From NCBI GenBank assembly GCA_046733215.1, contig JBKPOS010000129.1, forward strand, positions 158 to 64,157: a stretch of DNA of 64,000 nucleotides, read 5' to 3'. Shown one piece after another: positions 18,648-27,631 of this stretch (the first letter of the stretch is position 1; the number at the start of each line of letters is the position of its first letter). A model generated the notes under the pieces. That model was not told the origin of the DNA. It did no database searches and worked only from the letters and a program-made list of their open reading frames with translations. The translations under genes and the position numbers were made by a program. Source of the DNA: Gemmatimonadota bacterium. GTDB lineage: Bacteria > Gemmatimonadota > Gemmatimonadetes > Gemmatimonadales > GWC2-71-9.

Positions 18648-19559
18648 TCAAACATCGAAGCGCATTCCGTCCATTCCTACTTCCAATCCCGCATGCTCGA
18701 CCGCTGCGCGCTCGGAAGAGGCTTCCAGCAGCATCGGGTTGGTGTTGTTGATGTGGGTGTAGACCCGGCGGGGACGCTCGAGTCCGCCCAACCGAATCAG
18801 GCTGCCATCCGGCCCCGATACCGGCATGTGATCCATCTGACGGGCCGTGCGGTCTCCGATACCGAGCTTGATCAACTCGTCGTCGGTCCAGAACGTGCCG
18901 TCGAAAAGCACGAGATCGACCTTTCCCAGACGGTCGAGGATCTTCTCGTCCAATCCGCCGCAGCCGGGCACGAAGGCGCAAGTGCCTCCGGTCGAGGCAT
19001 CGCGGACCACCAGCCCGATGGTGTGCCCCGGAAGCTCGCTGCTGGCAAAGCGTGCCGGGCCGGCGGGCACGGGGAACGTCTCGAGGCTGAGACCGCTCCG
19101 TTCGCCATCCATATCATCGAGAGATATCGGGCCGCCCGCGGCCGGAAGCTCTATCACGTCGACCTCGGCAAACGCGCGTGTTACGGGAAGCAGCCGCGAA
19201 TCATCCTCGAGCACCTGTCGCACCGCACACGTGGCGTACAGTCGAAGCCGCCGGCCCTCCCGCAGCAGCACGATGCCCAGTGTGTGGTCGAGCTCCGCGT
19301 CTGTTGCGACCACGCCCGCGACGGGAACGTGACGGTTACCTGCCGGCGGACGGACTTCCAGAGCGGCGAGCTGCTCCCGGACGTCCGGCGATGCGTTGAG
19401 CAGGAACCAGCGTTGGCCGTCGGCAGTGAGCGCCACTGACGACTGCGTTCGGGGCTTGGCCTTCCGGGGCTCCGTGCGAGCGACGCGGCAGGTCGGACAC
19501 CAACAGTTCCACTGGGGGAATCCACCGCCTGCCGCGGTACCGAGGAGAACGATCTGCAT
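18648..19559 (-). CDS. pqqB: PQQ biosynthesis protein B (metallo-beta-lactamase fold)
   Basis: MQIVLLGTAAGGGFPQWNCWCPTCRVAR is the canonical PqqB N-terminus. 303 aa. Confidence 0.95.
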   Translation of the reverse strand: MQIVLLGTAAGGGFPQWNCWCPTCRVARTEPRKAKPRTQSSVALTADGQRWFLLNASPDVREQLAALEVRPPAGNRHVPVAGVVATDAELDHTLGIVLLREGRRLRLYATCAVRQVLEDDSRLLPVTRAFAEVDVIELPAAGGPISLDDMDGERSGLSLETFPVPAGPARFASSELPGHTIGLVVRDASTGGTCAFVPGCGGLDEKILDRLGKVDLVLFDGTFWTDDELIKLGIGDRTARQMDHMPVSGPDGSLIRLGGLERPRRVYTHINNTNPMLLEASSERAAVEHAGLEVGMDGMRFDV

Positions 19560-19563
19560 AGCT

Positions 19564-19597
19564 CCAAAAAATAAGGGGCTCGCTTGCGCGAGCCCCC
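19564..19597 (-). terminator. Intrinsic terminator/attenuator between pqqA and pqqB
   Basis: On the minus strand there is a 9-bp GC stem GGGGCTCGC-GCAA-GCGAGCCCC followed by TTATTTTTT. It runs straight into the pqqB RBS (GGAGCTATG). Confidence 0.7.
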
Positions 19598-19615
19598 GTA
19601 ACTCATTGCCGTAGC

Positions 19616-19690
19616 TTAGAGGGTCGCGACGTACGCGGTCACTTCCATCGTCACGGCGACGACCTCGGCCTCAGGCTTAGTCCAACGCAT
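19616..19690 (-). CDS. pqqA: PQQ precursor peptide
   Basis: 24-codon ORF not in the ORF track (too short): MRWTKPEAEVVAVTMEVTAYVATL with the conserved Glu-x3-Tyr (EVTAY) cross-linking pair. GGAGG Shine-Dalgarno sequence 5 nt upstream of the ATG. Lies directly upstream of pqqB. Confidence 0.88.
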   Translation of the reverse strand: MRWTKPEAEVVAVTMEVTAYVATL

Positions 19691-19794
19691 TTCTACCTCC
19701 GATCGTTGTTCGGTTGCTGGGCCACCGGCCCGGACAGGGTTGGGTCTTTTCACCCAGTCGGGCGGTGCTTGGAGCCCGACGACACCCCCTCATA

Positions 19795-19810
19795 GGCAGG
19801 CACCGTGCCG
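19795..19810 (-). promoter_or_regulatory. Sigma54 (-24/-12) promoter candidate for pqqA
   Basis: The minus strand reads cGGCACGgtgccTGCc against the consensus TGGCACG-N4-TTGCW. The GG and GC dinucleotides are at the exact spacing. It lies about 105 nt upstream of the pqqA ATG, and a sigma54-dependent activator gene is immediately upstream. Confidence 0.55.
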
Positions 19811-19900
19811 CCGAGCCCCCGGCCCGCTCTAAATGCATAAGTCATTGAAACTCGTGAGTTACATAGCTATAAACGAGCTCTGAATCGGAGGCCGGGTCCC

Positions 19901-19924
19901 GGAAAATTGGGGCAAATGAACCCC
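19901..19924 (-). terminator. Weak hairpin terminator candidate after the sigma54 activator gene
   Basis: Minus strand GGGGT-TCATTT-GCCCC followed by AATTTT, about 27 nt after the activator stop codon. The stem is short. Confidence 0.3.
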
Positions 19925-19950
19925 TCATTGGGTGATATAACCCAGTGCGT

Positions 19951-21372
19951 CTAGCCCTGAATTCCGAACTTCTTGAGTCGGTAACGCAGCGTATCGCGGG
20001 AGATTCCGAGCCGCTGGGCTGCCCGAGTCTGGTTGCCGCCGGCATCCCGTAGAGCTTGTTCGATCATCGCCCGCTCCCACTGGCCCAAATCCACTCCAGC
20101 GGGTGGCATCTGGCCGGCCAGCGGGTCTGATCCAGTTCCGGCATTCGCCGGGAACTGTCCGGTCACCGGCTCGGATACCGGTTGGGCCGGTTCATCCTTC
20201 GGCTCGCTCAGGGAGAGATGATCGACGTCGAGCGACGGTCCGTGACTCCATAGCACCGCCCTTTCGATGACGTGGCTCAACTCGCGCACGTTTCCCGGCC
20301 ACCGATACACCAGCAAGCGATCTTGCGCGGCCGGCTCGATCCGGCGCACGTCCTTCCCGTATTTCACGCTGAACTGTCTCAGATAGTGCTCGGCCAGTCG
20401 CAGGACGTCATCGCCCCGCTCGCGAAGCGGAGGAAGTCGAAGCAGGATGACGGCCAGTCGAAAATAGAGATCCTTTCTGAACGCCTCGCGCCGGGATTCC
20501 CGCTCGAGATCGCGATTCGTAGCCGCCAGGATTCGCACGTCGATCTGACGGTCTCGAATGCCCCCGACGCGGCGCACGGTGCGCTCTTCGATTGCGCGAA
20601 GCAGCTTGCCCTGGAGCGCCAGCTCGATGTCACCTACCTCGTCGAGGAAGATGAATCCGCCTTCCGCCGCCTCGAACAAGCCGACCTTGGATTCTTTTGC
20701 GTCGGTGAACGCGCCGCGCTCGTAGCCGAACAGCTCGGCCTCCATGAGACTGCCGGGTAGCGCGGTGCAATTCACTTCGATAAACGGACGTGAGCCGCGG
20801 GCCCCGGACGCGTGGATGGTCCTGGCGACCAATCCCTTGCCGGTGCCGGTCTCGCCGGTGATCAGGACCGGGGGGGTCTCATCGAGTGAGGCGATTTGCC
20901 GGGCGCGCTCGAGCACCGCCCGCAGAGCCGGTGAATCGCCCACCACGCCCCCAAAGGGGGTCTCCCTCGCCTGCCTGCGATAGTAGGACAGCTCACCTTC
21001 GCGACGGGATTGCTCGCGGGCGCGGTCGGCCAGGAGCTTCAGCTCCTCGAGATCAACCGGCTTCTTCAAGTAGTCGAAGGCGCCCAGCTTCACCGCCTCG
21101 ACCGCGCCTTCGATCGTGCCATGGGCGGTCATGATGATCACCGGCACCGCCGGGTCGAATTCGCGGATCCGGCGCAGCAGGTCGATGCCGCTCATCCCGG
21201 GCAGGCGCACGTCGGTGAAGACCACGTCCGGCCTCAGTTGCTCGAGCATGCTGAGCGCACTCTCGGCGTCAGCGGCAACCTCGGCCTCGTACCCCGACTC
21301 GGCAAGGAAAGTCCGAACCGCGCGCGCGAGCGTCCGCTCGTCATCCACGATGAGAACGCTTGGTCCGCTCAT
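19951..21372 (-). CDS. Sigma54-dependent Fis-family response regulator (NtrC-like)
   Basis: Receiver (VLIVDDE, FTDVRLPGMSG), AAA+ sigma54-interaction domain (GETGTGKGLVAR, ELFGYERGAFTDA), and C-terminal Fis HTH NQTRAAQRLGISRDTLRYRLKKFGI. Confidence 0.92.
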   Translation of the reverse strand: MSGPSVLIVDDERTLARAVRTFLAESGYEAEVAADAESALSMLEQLRPDVVFTDVRLPGMSGIDLLRRIREFDPAVPVIIMTAHGTIEGAVEAVKLGAFDYLKKPVDLEELKLLADRAREQSRREGELSYYRRQARETPFGGVVGDSPALRAVLERARQIASLDETPPVLITGETGTGKGLVARTIHASGARGSRPFIEVNCTALPGSLMEAELFGYERGAFTDAKESKVGLFEAAEGGFIFLDEVGDIELALQGKLLRAIEERTVRRVGGIRDRQIDVRILAATNRDLERESRREAFRKDLYFRLAVILLRLPPLRERGDDVLRLAEHYLRQFSVKYGKDVRRIEPAAQDRLLVYRWPGNVRELSHVIERAVLWSHGPSLDVDHLSLSEPKDEPAQPVSEPVTGQFPANAGTGSDPLAGQMPPAGVDLGQWERAMIEQALRDAGGNQTRAAQRLGISRDTLRYRLKKFGIQG

Positions 21373-22853
21373 GCACCGCTCCCTGCTGCCACGCCACCAG
21401 CCTCGGCAACCGGCAGGTAGACGCGCACGGTCGTTCCCTCTCCTACCCGGGATGTAAGCTCCAGCCGACCGCCGTTCTGCTCGATGTAGCGCTTCGCGAT
21501 GGCGAGCCCTAGCCCCGTACCTTCGGGTCGAGTCGTGAAGAAGGGTTGAGTGATCTGCGCTAACGCGTGCTCTGGAATTCCACCGCCCGTGTCAGCGATT
21601 TCCAGCACGATCCCGTCCGATGCGCCCGCAGCCATCGGCTCGCGCCGGCCGGTAATGACCAGTCGGCCGCCCTCGGGCATGGCATCGAGCGCATTCGAGA
21701 CGATCTCTACCAGTGTCTGCTCGAGTTGCACCGGATCCACGCGAATGTCGGGGAGGTCGGCCGGAAGATCGAGCTTCAACTCCACCTTCCGCTGGTCCAG
21801 CAGCTGGGTAAAGGCCGGCAATATCCCTTCGACCAGAGCCGTGACACCTTCCCGTGTCGGGTGGAAAGGGGCGGGGCGCGAAAAACTGAGTAGGTGGGTG
21901 ATTCGCCGGTCCAGTCGATCGACTTCATCGATGATGGCGCTCAGTTGCTCGCGTGAAGCAGGTGAGTCGGGGCGTTTGAGCACGAACTGCGCAGCGGCAC
22001 GAAGACTGGCCAGCGGATTGCGAAGACCGTGGGCGACGGCAGCCGACATCTCGCCGATCGAGGCGAGCTTTTCCGATTGCACCAGTTTGGCCTGGATGCG
22101 GCGAAGCTGCTCGGTCATGTCAGCGAACGCACGGGCCAGATCGCCGATCTCGTCCCGCCTCCGCACTGCGATCGGATGGTCGAGATCTCCCGCGCCGACT
22201 ACCGCCATGGCTTCCCGCAACTGGTTAATGGGCCGTACCAGGCTGCGGGTGATGAGAAAGGCTCCGGCGAGTCCGCATCCCAGCGCCAGCAGCACGATGC
22301 CGAACAGGATCTGGCGCTCTGTGTTTACGATGGCCTCTACTCTCGCGAACGCCTGCTGGACGCTGAATTCGCGCGCCTTGCGGTAGATCTCGCGATTCAG
22401 GTTTGCCAGGGTGGGGAGCAGTCGCATCTTGATTTCCTGCCGCGCAATCCTGTACCCCTCTTCACGATGTCCCGCATCAGACAGGGCGATCACACTATCC
22501 CCAACGGCTCGGATCTGGCGCTGCACCTCTCGCACGGCGTTCGCCAGCTCGACTTCGTCCGGCCGAAGTTCGGCGCTCCACCGATCGAGCCAGTAGTCCA
22601 CCACCTCACCGCTCAGGCGCCACTCCTTCCTGGCATCAGGGTCAAGGCCGCTCAACTGGCGCCAGATTGCCTCGGTCTGGTCGAACATCGCGTTTTCGAC
22701 GTCGGCATATGTGCGGGTGCGGGACAGGCTCGCGCCCAACGTTTCCAGCGCGCGACGCTCGAGCGCGTTGCTGCGAATAGCCTCGACCCCGACCAGCAGG
22801 GCGGGCAAGGCCATCAGAGAGAATCCGAGCAGGAGCTTCCGCTGGAAGGTCAT
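21369..22853 (-). CDS. Membrane sensor histidine kinase with HAMP domain
   Basis: Two TM segments flank a periplasmic-type sensor region, followed by HAMP, H-box SAAVAHGLRNPLASL, and ATPase motifs DTGGGIPE and GTGLGLAIAK. ATGA overlap with the downstream regulator. Confidence 0.9.
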   Translation of the reverse strand: MTFQRKLLLGFSLMALPALLVGVEAIRSNALERRALETLGASLSRTRTYADVENAMFDQTEAIWRQLSGLDPDARKEWRLSGEVVDYWLDRWSAELRPDEVELANAVREVQRQIRAVGDSVIALSDAGHREEGYRIARQEIKMRLLPTLANLNREIYRKAREFSVQQAFARVEAIVNTERQILFGIVLLALGCGLAGAFLITRSLVRPINQLREAMAVVGAGDLDHPIAVRRRDEIGDLARAFADMTEQLRRIQAKLVQSEKLASIGEMSAAVAHGLRNPLASLRAAAQFVLKRPDSPASREQLSAIIDEVDRLDRRITHLLSFSRPAPFHPTREGVTALVEGILPAFTQLLDQRKVELKLDLPADLPDIRVDPVQLEQTLVEIVSNALDAMPEGGRLVITGRREPMAAGASDGIVLEIADTGGGIPEHALAQITQPFFTTRPEGTGLGLAIAKRYIEQNGGRLELTSRVGEGTTVRVYLPVAEAGGVAAGSGA

Positions 22854-22884
22854 GGGGGCGGCGAGAAGTATGAAAGGCGCCGCG

Positions 22885-24474
22885 TCAGTGCGCCATCCCG
22901 CCTCCCCGAGCCCGGCCGGTCCGGAACAACAGGAGAAGCGGCAGGGCGGAGGCGAAGGCCACGCCCATGATCAGAAAGACCCGTTCGAAGGAGAAGACGG
23001 ACGCCTGCTGGCTCAGCTTGAAGTCGAGCAGGGCCGATGCCCGAAGCTGGGCCTCGGCCATCGTGCCGCCGAATCGCTGCATCGAGGCGGTCACGCTGCT
23101 AAGCCAGCTCTGGGTCGCGGCGTCGTAGTTGGTGACGTGAGCCACCAAGGCCCCCCTCGCCTGCTCGGTGAAATGCGCAAGCATCGTCGCCGTCACCGCG
23201 ATACCGAGGCTCCCGCCCAGCTGGCGGGCCAGGTTGAACAGGCCGGTGCCCTGGGGAATCTGCCCCGGCTTGAGGTCCGCGACGGTTGCCGCGGTGAGCG
23301 GCACGAAGACCAGCCCGATGCCGAAGCCACGGAGCACCATCGCCCAGAAAAGCTCGTGATGTCCGGTATCCAGGGTGAAGTGATAGTGCATCCACATAGA
23401 GCAGAGGAACAGCGACACGCCGGTGACGATGAGCACGCGCGCGTCGACCTTCGGCACCAGCCGGCCCATCGAAGCCATCGCGATGGCGCTGGCGATCGCG
23501 CCCGGCAGAATGACCTTGCCCGTATCCCAGGCGGTGTAGCCGAGCAGGTTCTGGAGGAAGACCGGCAAGGCAAACACGCTGGAGTAGAGTGCGAAGCCGA
23601 GCAACGCTCCGAACGTCACGCCGACCGCCAGCTGCCGGTTCTTGAGCACGCGCAGATCCACCATCGGATGCGCGGTCCGCAGCTCGTGCCAGATGAAGCA
23701 GACGATGCCTGTGAGTGCGACCAGCCCCTCGACCACGATCTCCCGGGTCTCGAACCAATCTCGCCGCTCGCCCCGCTCCAGCATGATCTGGAGTGCTCCG
23801 ATACCGATGATCAGGAACGCGAGGCCCCACCAGTCAACCTTCTCGGTCTCGTGCCCCGACTCGTGCGAGGGCTCGGGCACGAAGCGCCAGCTGAGAAAGC
23901 CGGCCAGAATGCCCAACGGGATGTTGATGTAGAAGATCCAGGGCCATGTGTAGTTGTCCGTGATCCAACCGCCAAGTGTCGGCCCTAGCGTGGGGCCGAC
24001 CATCACGCTCATGCCGAAGATCGCCTGCCCGGTAGCACGCTCCTCGAGCGGGAAGACATCGAACAGAATGGCCTGGGCCGTAGAAATCAGCGCCCCACCG
24101 CCGATGCCCTGAACCACCCGGCCACCGACCAGCATCTCCAGCGAATGGGCGTTGCCGCAAAAGAACGAGGCAATCGTGAAGAGGATGATCGATCCGGTGT
24201 AATAGTTCCGCCGGCCGAACCGCTCGGCGAGCCAGCTGGTGAGAGGAAGGATGATCACGTTCGCCACGATGTACCCGGTCGAGACCCACGCGATCTCGTC
24301 GAGCGTGGCGCCGAGATTCCCCATCATGTGGGGGATCGCGACATTCACGATGCTGGTGTCCACCAGCTCGAGCACGCTGGCTAGGGCAACGGCAAACGCA
24401 ATGATGTAGCGGTAGCGGTAGACGTCCTTCTGGGCGAGTCCACCACTCCGCGAGGGCAACGCCAAGGTGGCCAC
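22885..24474 (-). CDS. MFS drug efflux transporter, DHA2 (EmrB/QacA) family, 14 TMS
   Basis: 529 aa. N-terminal LVDTSIVNVAIPHMMGNLGATLDEIAWVSTGY is typical of EmrB-type transporters. Confidence 0.88.
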   Translation of the reverse strand: MATLALPSRSGGLAQKDVYRYRYIIAFAVALASVLELVDTSIVNVAIPHMMGNLGATLDEIAWVSTGYIVANVIILPLTSWLAERFGRRNYYTGSIILFTIASFFCGNAHSLEMLVGGRVVQGIGGGALISTAQAILFDVFPLEERATGQAIFGMSVMVGPTLGPTLGGWITDNYTWPWIFYINIPLGILAGFLSWRFVPEPSHESGHETEKVDWWGLAFLIIGIGALQIMLERGERRDWFETREIVVEGLVALTGIVCFIWHELRTAHPMVDLRVLKNRQLAVGVTFGALLGFALYSSVFALPVFLQNLLGYTAWDTGKVILPGAIASAIAMASMGRLVPKVDARVLIVTGVSLFLCSMWMHYHFTLDTGHHELFWAMVLRGFGIGLVFVPLTAATVADLKPGQIPQGTGLFNLARQLGGSLGIAVTATMLAHFTEQARGALVAHVTNYDAATQSWLSSVTASMQRFGGTMAEAQLRASALLDFKLSQQASVFSFERVFLIMGVAFASALPLLLLFRTGRARGGGMAH

Positions 24475-24480
24475 GAGAGC

Positions 24481-25578
24481 TTACCGGGTGGTGATGGTCG
24501 GCACGACCGACATTCCCGGCCGGAGCGGGAAGGCCGGATCCGGCTGGTCGTCCACAGCGATGCGCACGGGGACGCGCTGCACCACCTTGGTGTAATTCCC
24601 GGTCGCGTTGTCCGGTGGGAGCAGCGCGAACCGCGCCCCGGTGGCGGGGCTCAGGCTCTCGACGTGGCCGTGGAAGACGTGCCCGCCGTATGCATCCACC
24701 GTGAACGTCGCTGCGTCACCCACGCGAATGTTGTCAAGCTGGGTTTCCTTGAGATTCGCAGTGACCCAGAGCCCCCTATTAGGTACCAGGGACATCAGCG
24801 TCTGTCCGATCTGCACCAATGCGCCGACCTCGGCGCTCCGCCTGGCGATGACGCCGTCCGTGGGCGCAAGGATGTAGGTGTAGCTGAGCTGCAGGCGTGC
24901 GTTGTCTACCGCGGACTGCGCCGCCTCGAGCCGGGCGCCCGCACCGGAGAGGGCGGCGCCATACATGACGACCTGATCCGCGCCGGCCGCCGCCTGTTTC
25001 CGGGCGGATTCGAGTCCGGCCACCGCGGCGTCGTATTCGGCCTGGGCCGCGTCCAGCTGTTGGGCTGGAACGATCTTGTTGGCGGCCAGACCCCGAATGC
25101 GCTCGAGATCAGCCGCCGCCTTCTTGAAGCCGGCCTCAGCCGACGCCACCGTAGCCCGCGCGCTGGCCTCCTGCGCCCGGCTCCAGGCGAGCTGGGCGCG
25201 AGCCTGTCCCGCCCTTCGATCGTTGCCGGCGCTAGCGGTTGCATTGGCCAGATCCGCCTCCGCTTGCTGCAGCTTCACTTTGAGATCGCGGGCATCCAAT
25301 ACCACCAGCGTGTCGCCTGCCTTCACGTGCTGGTTGTCGTCCACCAGAACCCGCGAGACGAACGCCTGGACCCGCGGGGCAATGGTCGTGATATGACCAT
25401 CAACTTGAGCGTTGTCGGTCGATTCGTGATGCAGGCCCCAGACATACCGACGAACGCCCCACGTCGCCGCGGCCGCCACGATCAGTCCGACGATGATGAA
25501 TGGAAGCCACCGCCTCCGCGTTTGCGCCTCGGGCCGAGTGTCGGTGGCAGGAAGATCCATTGCGATATCGGTTGCCAT
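24481..25578 (-). CDS. HlyD/EmrA-family membrane fusion protein
   Basis: Single N-terminal TM, long coiled-coil (QAEADLANA ... LESARKQAAAG), and a beta-barrel C-terminus. Lies between the TolC-like and EmrB-like genes. Confidence 0.88.
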   Translation of the reverse strand: MATDIAMDLPATDTRPEAQTRRRWLPFIIVGLIVAAAATWGVRRYVWGLHHESTDNAQVDGHITTIAPRVQAFVSRVLVDDNQHVKAGDTLVVLDARDLKVKLQQAEADLANATASAGNDRRAGQARAQLAWSRAQEASARATVASAEAGFKKAAADLERIRGLAANKIVPAQQLDAAQAEYDAAVAGLESARKQAAAGADQVVMYGAALSGAGARLEAAQSAVDNARLQLSYTYILAPTDGVIARRSAEVGALVQIGQTLMSLVPNRGLWVTANLKETQLDNIRVGDAATFTVDAYGGHVFHGHVESLSPATGARFALLPPDNATGNYTKVVQRVPVRIAVDDQPDPAFPLRPGMSVVPTITTR

Positions 25579-25598
25579 GATGCGTCTCGTTCCCCGTT

Positions 25599-26933
25599 CT
25601 ACTGCAACTGGTCGATGATCCCGAGGGCGCGGTAGGCACTCACCCGGGCACTGCCATAATTCACTCGCGCCTGTATGACGGCGTCGCGGGCCGCGATCAC
25701 AGAGCTCTGTGCGTTCGTCGTCTCGACCGATCCTGCCACGCCAGCTCGGAAGCGTTCCTCCGCCTGCGACAACTCTTCCTCGGCGAGTCGCAGCTGATCC
25801 ACCGCGATCGCCACTTGCTGCCGAGCCGAGGTAATGTCGAGCACTGCCTGCCGGGCTTCCGTCTCCACCTGATTGCCCAGATCCCCTTCCCGGACCTGTT
25901 GAGCCTCCACGCGCGCCTGCGCCTCCCGGGCCCGGACCTGTCGTTTGAGGCCATCGAGAATTGGGACGCTCAGGCCTACTAACACCTGATACGTGCCGAG
26001 GAGATCCCCAAGGGCCGGTCCGGTCTGCTGGTAGTACCCGGTCGCGCTCAGGCTGGGGAGGTTCTCGGCTTTGATCGCGGAAAGCGAACGACGGAGCGCT
26101 TCCGTCCGCTTCCGCTCCGCCGCAAGCTCGGCCCGGTGCTCACGGGCGAACTGGCCCGCGGTGTCGGGATCCAATGGAAGCTCGACGGTCTGCTCGCCCA
26201 GCGAGTCGGCAACTTGAATGTTGCTTCCCGGAGGGAAGTCGAGGGTACGGAGCAGATCCAGCCGGGTGCGGTCCCGAGCGTTGCGCGCCAGCTCCAATTG
26301 GGTCCTCACCGCCTGAAAACTCACCTCGCTGCGCGTGGCATCGATGGTAGGGCTGACGCCGGCACTCACCAGTTGGCGAGCCTGATCGAGCAGCGCTGCA
26401 GCCACCACACTGTCGGCCTCACGGGCTCGTACGGTTTCCTGCGCACTCTGGACCTGCAGGTACGCCAGTCCGGCCGTCGCTCCTGCGATCTCACCGATGC
26501 CCTGGGCGTCGAGGCCGGCGGCCGCGGCGCTGTCCTGAGCTGACTTGAGCCGACGAAACACGCTGGCGTTGAACAGGGTCTGGCTCCCATCCAGACGGAA
26601 TCGCCATAGCGTGAAGTCCGGCACCTTCGGTGGGAAACCAGGGAAGGTGAGGCCGAATTCCTGGAGGTTGAGCGTCTGGCGGGAAGCCGCCGCGGTCCCA
26701 TTGATCGTAGGCAGAAGGTCTGCCTTTCGCTCGCCTACCCGCTCACCCGCGATGCGAGCATTGATCTGGGCCAGCACCGCCGAGACTGCCCGCTGCCGAC
26801 CGATACGAATAGCATCGAGCAACGTCAGCGGTCCTTGCGGCGGTGCAAGGGGAGCCGGTGGAGTCGGCTGCTGCGCTCCCGCGGGAGCAGCCAACAGCAT
26901 GAATGCGAGAAGGACAACGAGTGAGCGAACCAT
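25599..26933 (-). CDS. TolC-family outer-membrane efflux protein
   Basis: ATG at 26933 gives the signal peptide MVRSLVVLLAFMLLAAPAGAQQ. The two-repeat TolC architecture ends ...YRALGIIDQLQ. Confidence 0.85.
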   Translation of the reverse strand: MVRSLVVLLAFMLLAAPAGAQQPTPPAPLAPPQGPLTLLDAIRIGRQRAVSAVLAQINARIAGERVGERKADLLPTINGTAAASRQTLNLQEFGLTFPGFPPKVPDFTLWRFRLDGSQTLFNASVFRRLKSAQDSAAAAGLDAQGIGEIAGATAGLAYLQVQSAQETVRAREADSVVAAALLDQARQLVSAGVSPTIDATRSEVSFQAVRTQLELARNARDRTRLDLLRTLDFPPGSNIQVADSLGEQTVELPLDPDTAGQFAREHRAELAAERKRTEALRRSLSAIKAENLPSLSATGYYQQTGPALGDLLGTYQVLVGLSVPILDGLKRQVRAREAQARVEAQQVREGDLGNQVETEARQAVLDITSARQQVAIAVDQLRLAEEELSQAEERFRAGVAGSVETTNAQSSVIAARDAVIQARVNYGSARVSAYRALGIIDQLQ

Positions 26934-26937
26934 TGGG

Positions 26938-27600
26938 CTACCGCTGAGGTTCTGGACGTGCAAGGACGCCGCTCAGGCAAAAGTCGATGACGCCATCGAG
27001 CGTTTCCTCGTCCGACAGCGCTTCGGGATCGAACCGCTGAAAGAAGCACTGTGTCTGTGCTGCGTGGATCAGGAGCATCGGCACGGCACGACTGGCGAAG
27101 CCGAGCGGCGTCTCTCGAAACTCTCCCGAGGCCACGCCCTGAGCGATGATCGTCTCCATCAGGCGGCGAGCCGGGAGAATGACCTCCTGTGTGTAGAAGT
27201 GGGCGAGCTCGGGGAAGCTCCCCAATTCCGCCTGGACCAGCCGGCTGATCCGGGTCAGGTTCTGCTGCCGCAACACGCGGTACATGCGGCGCAGAAACGT
27301 GATCAACAGATCGCGATTCGTTCCCTGGAATCCCTCGACGAACGCTTCAGCTTCGCGCAACGCTGCGACTGCCTTGGCCCGAACCATTTCGCGAAACAGC
27401 GTCTCCTTCGAATCGAAGTAGAGGTAGAGAGTCCCCTTGCTGACGCCGGCCCGTTGTGCGACCTCCTCCAACCTGGTGCGGGCGAATCCTTGTTCTCCGA
27501 AAACATCAAAGGCGGCGTCGAGGATCTCCTCAGGGCGCTCCTCCGGGCGGCGTTGCCACCGTGGGGGTGGCGGGTTGGTCGCATCGGCGGGCTGACTCAT
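26938..27600 (-). CDS. TetR-family transcriptional repressor
   Basis: TetR HTH ILDAAFDVFGEQGFARTRLEEVAQRAGVSKGTLYLYFDSKE. First gene of the efflux operon. Confidence 0.9.
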   Translation of the reverse strand: MSQPADATNPPPPRWQRRPEERPEEILDAAFDVFGEQGFARTRLEEVAQRAGVSKGTLYLYFDSKETLFREMVRAKAVAALREAEAFVEGFQGTNRDLLITFLRRMYRVLRQQNLTRISRLVQAELGSFPELAHFYTQEVILPARRLMETIIAQGVASGEFRETPLGFASRAVPMLLIHAAQTQCFFQRFDPEALSDEETLDGVIDFCLSGVLARPEPQR

Positions 27601-27613
27601 TCCTGGTCCTTAG

Positions 27614-27631
27614 TAACTGACTGGTCAGTAA
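27614..27631. promoter_or_regulatory. Palindromic operator candidate for the TetR repressor
   Basis: TAACTGAC-TG-GTCAGTAA. The core is a perfect inverted repeat ACTGAC/GTCAGT with a 2-nt spacer. It lies 14-31 nt upstream of the TetR start codon. Confidence 0.45.
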
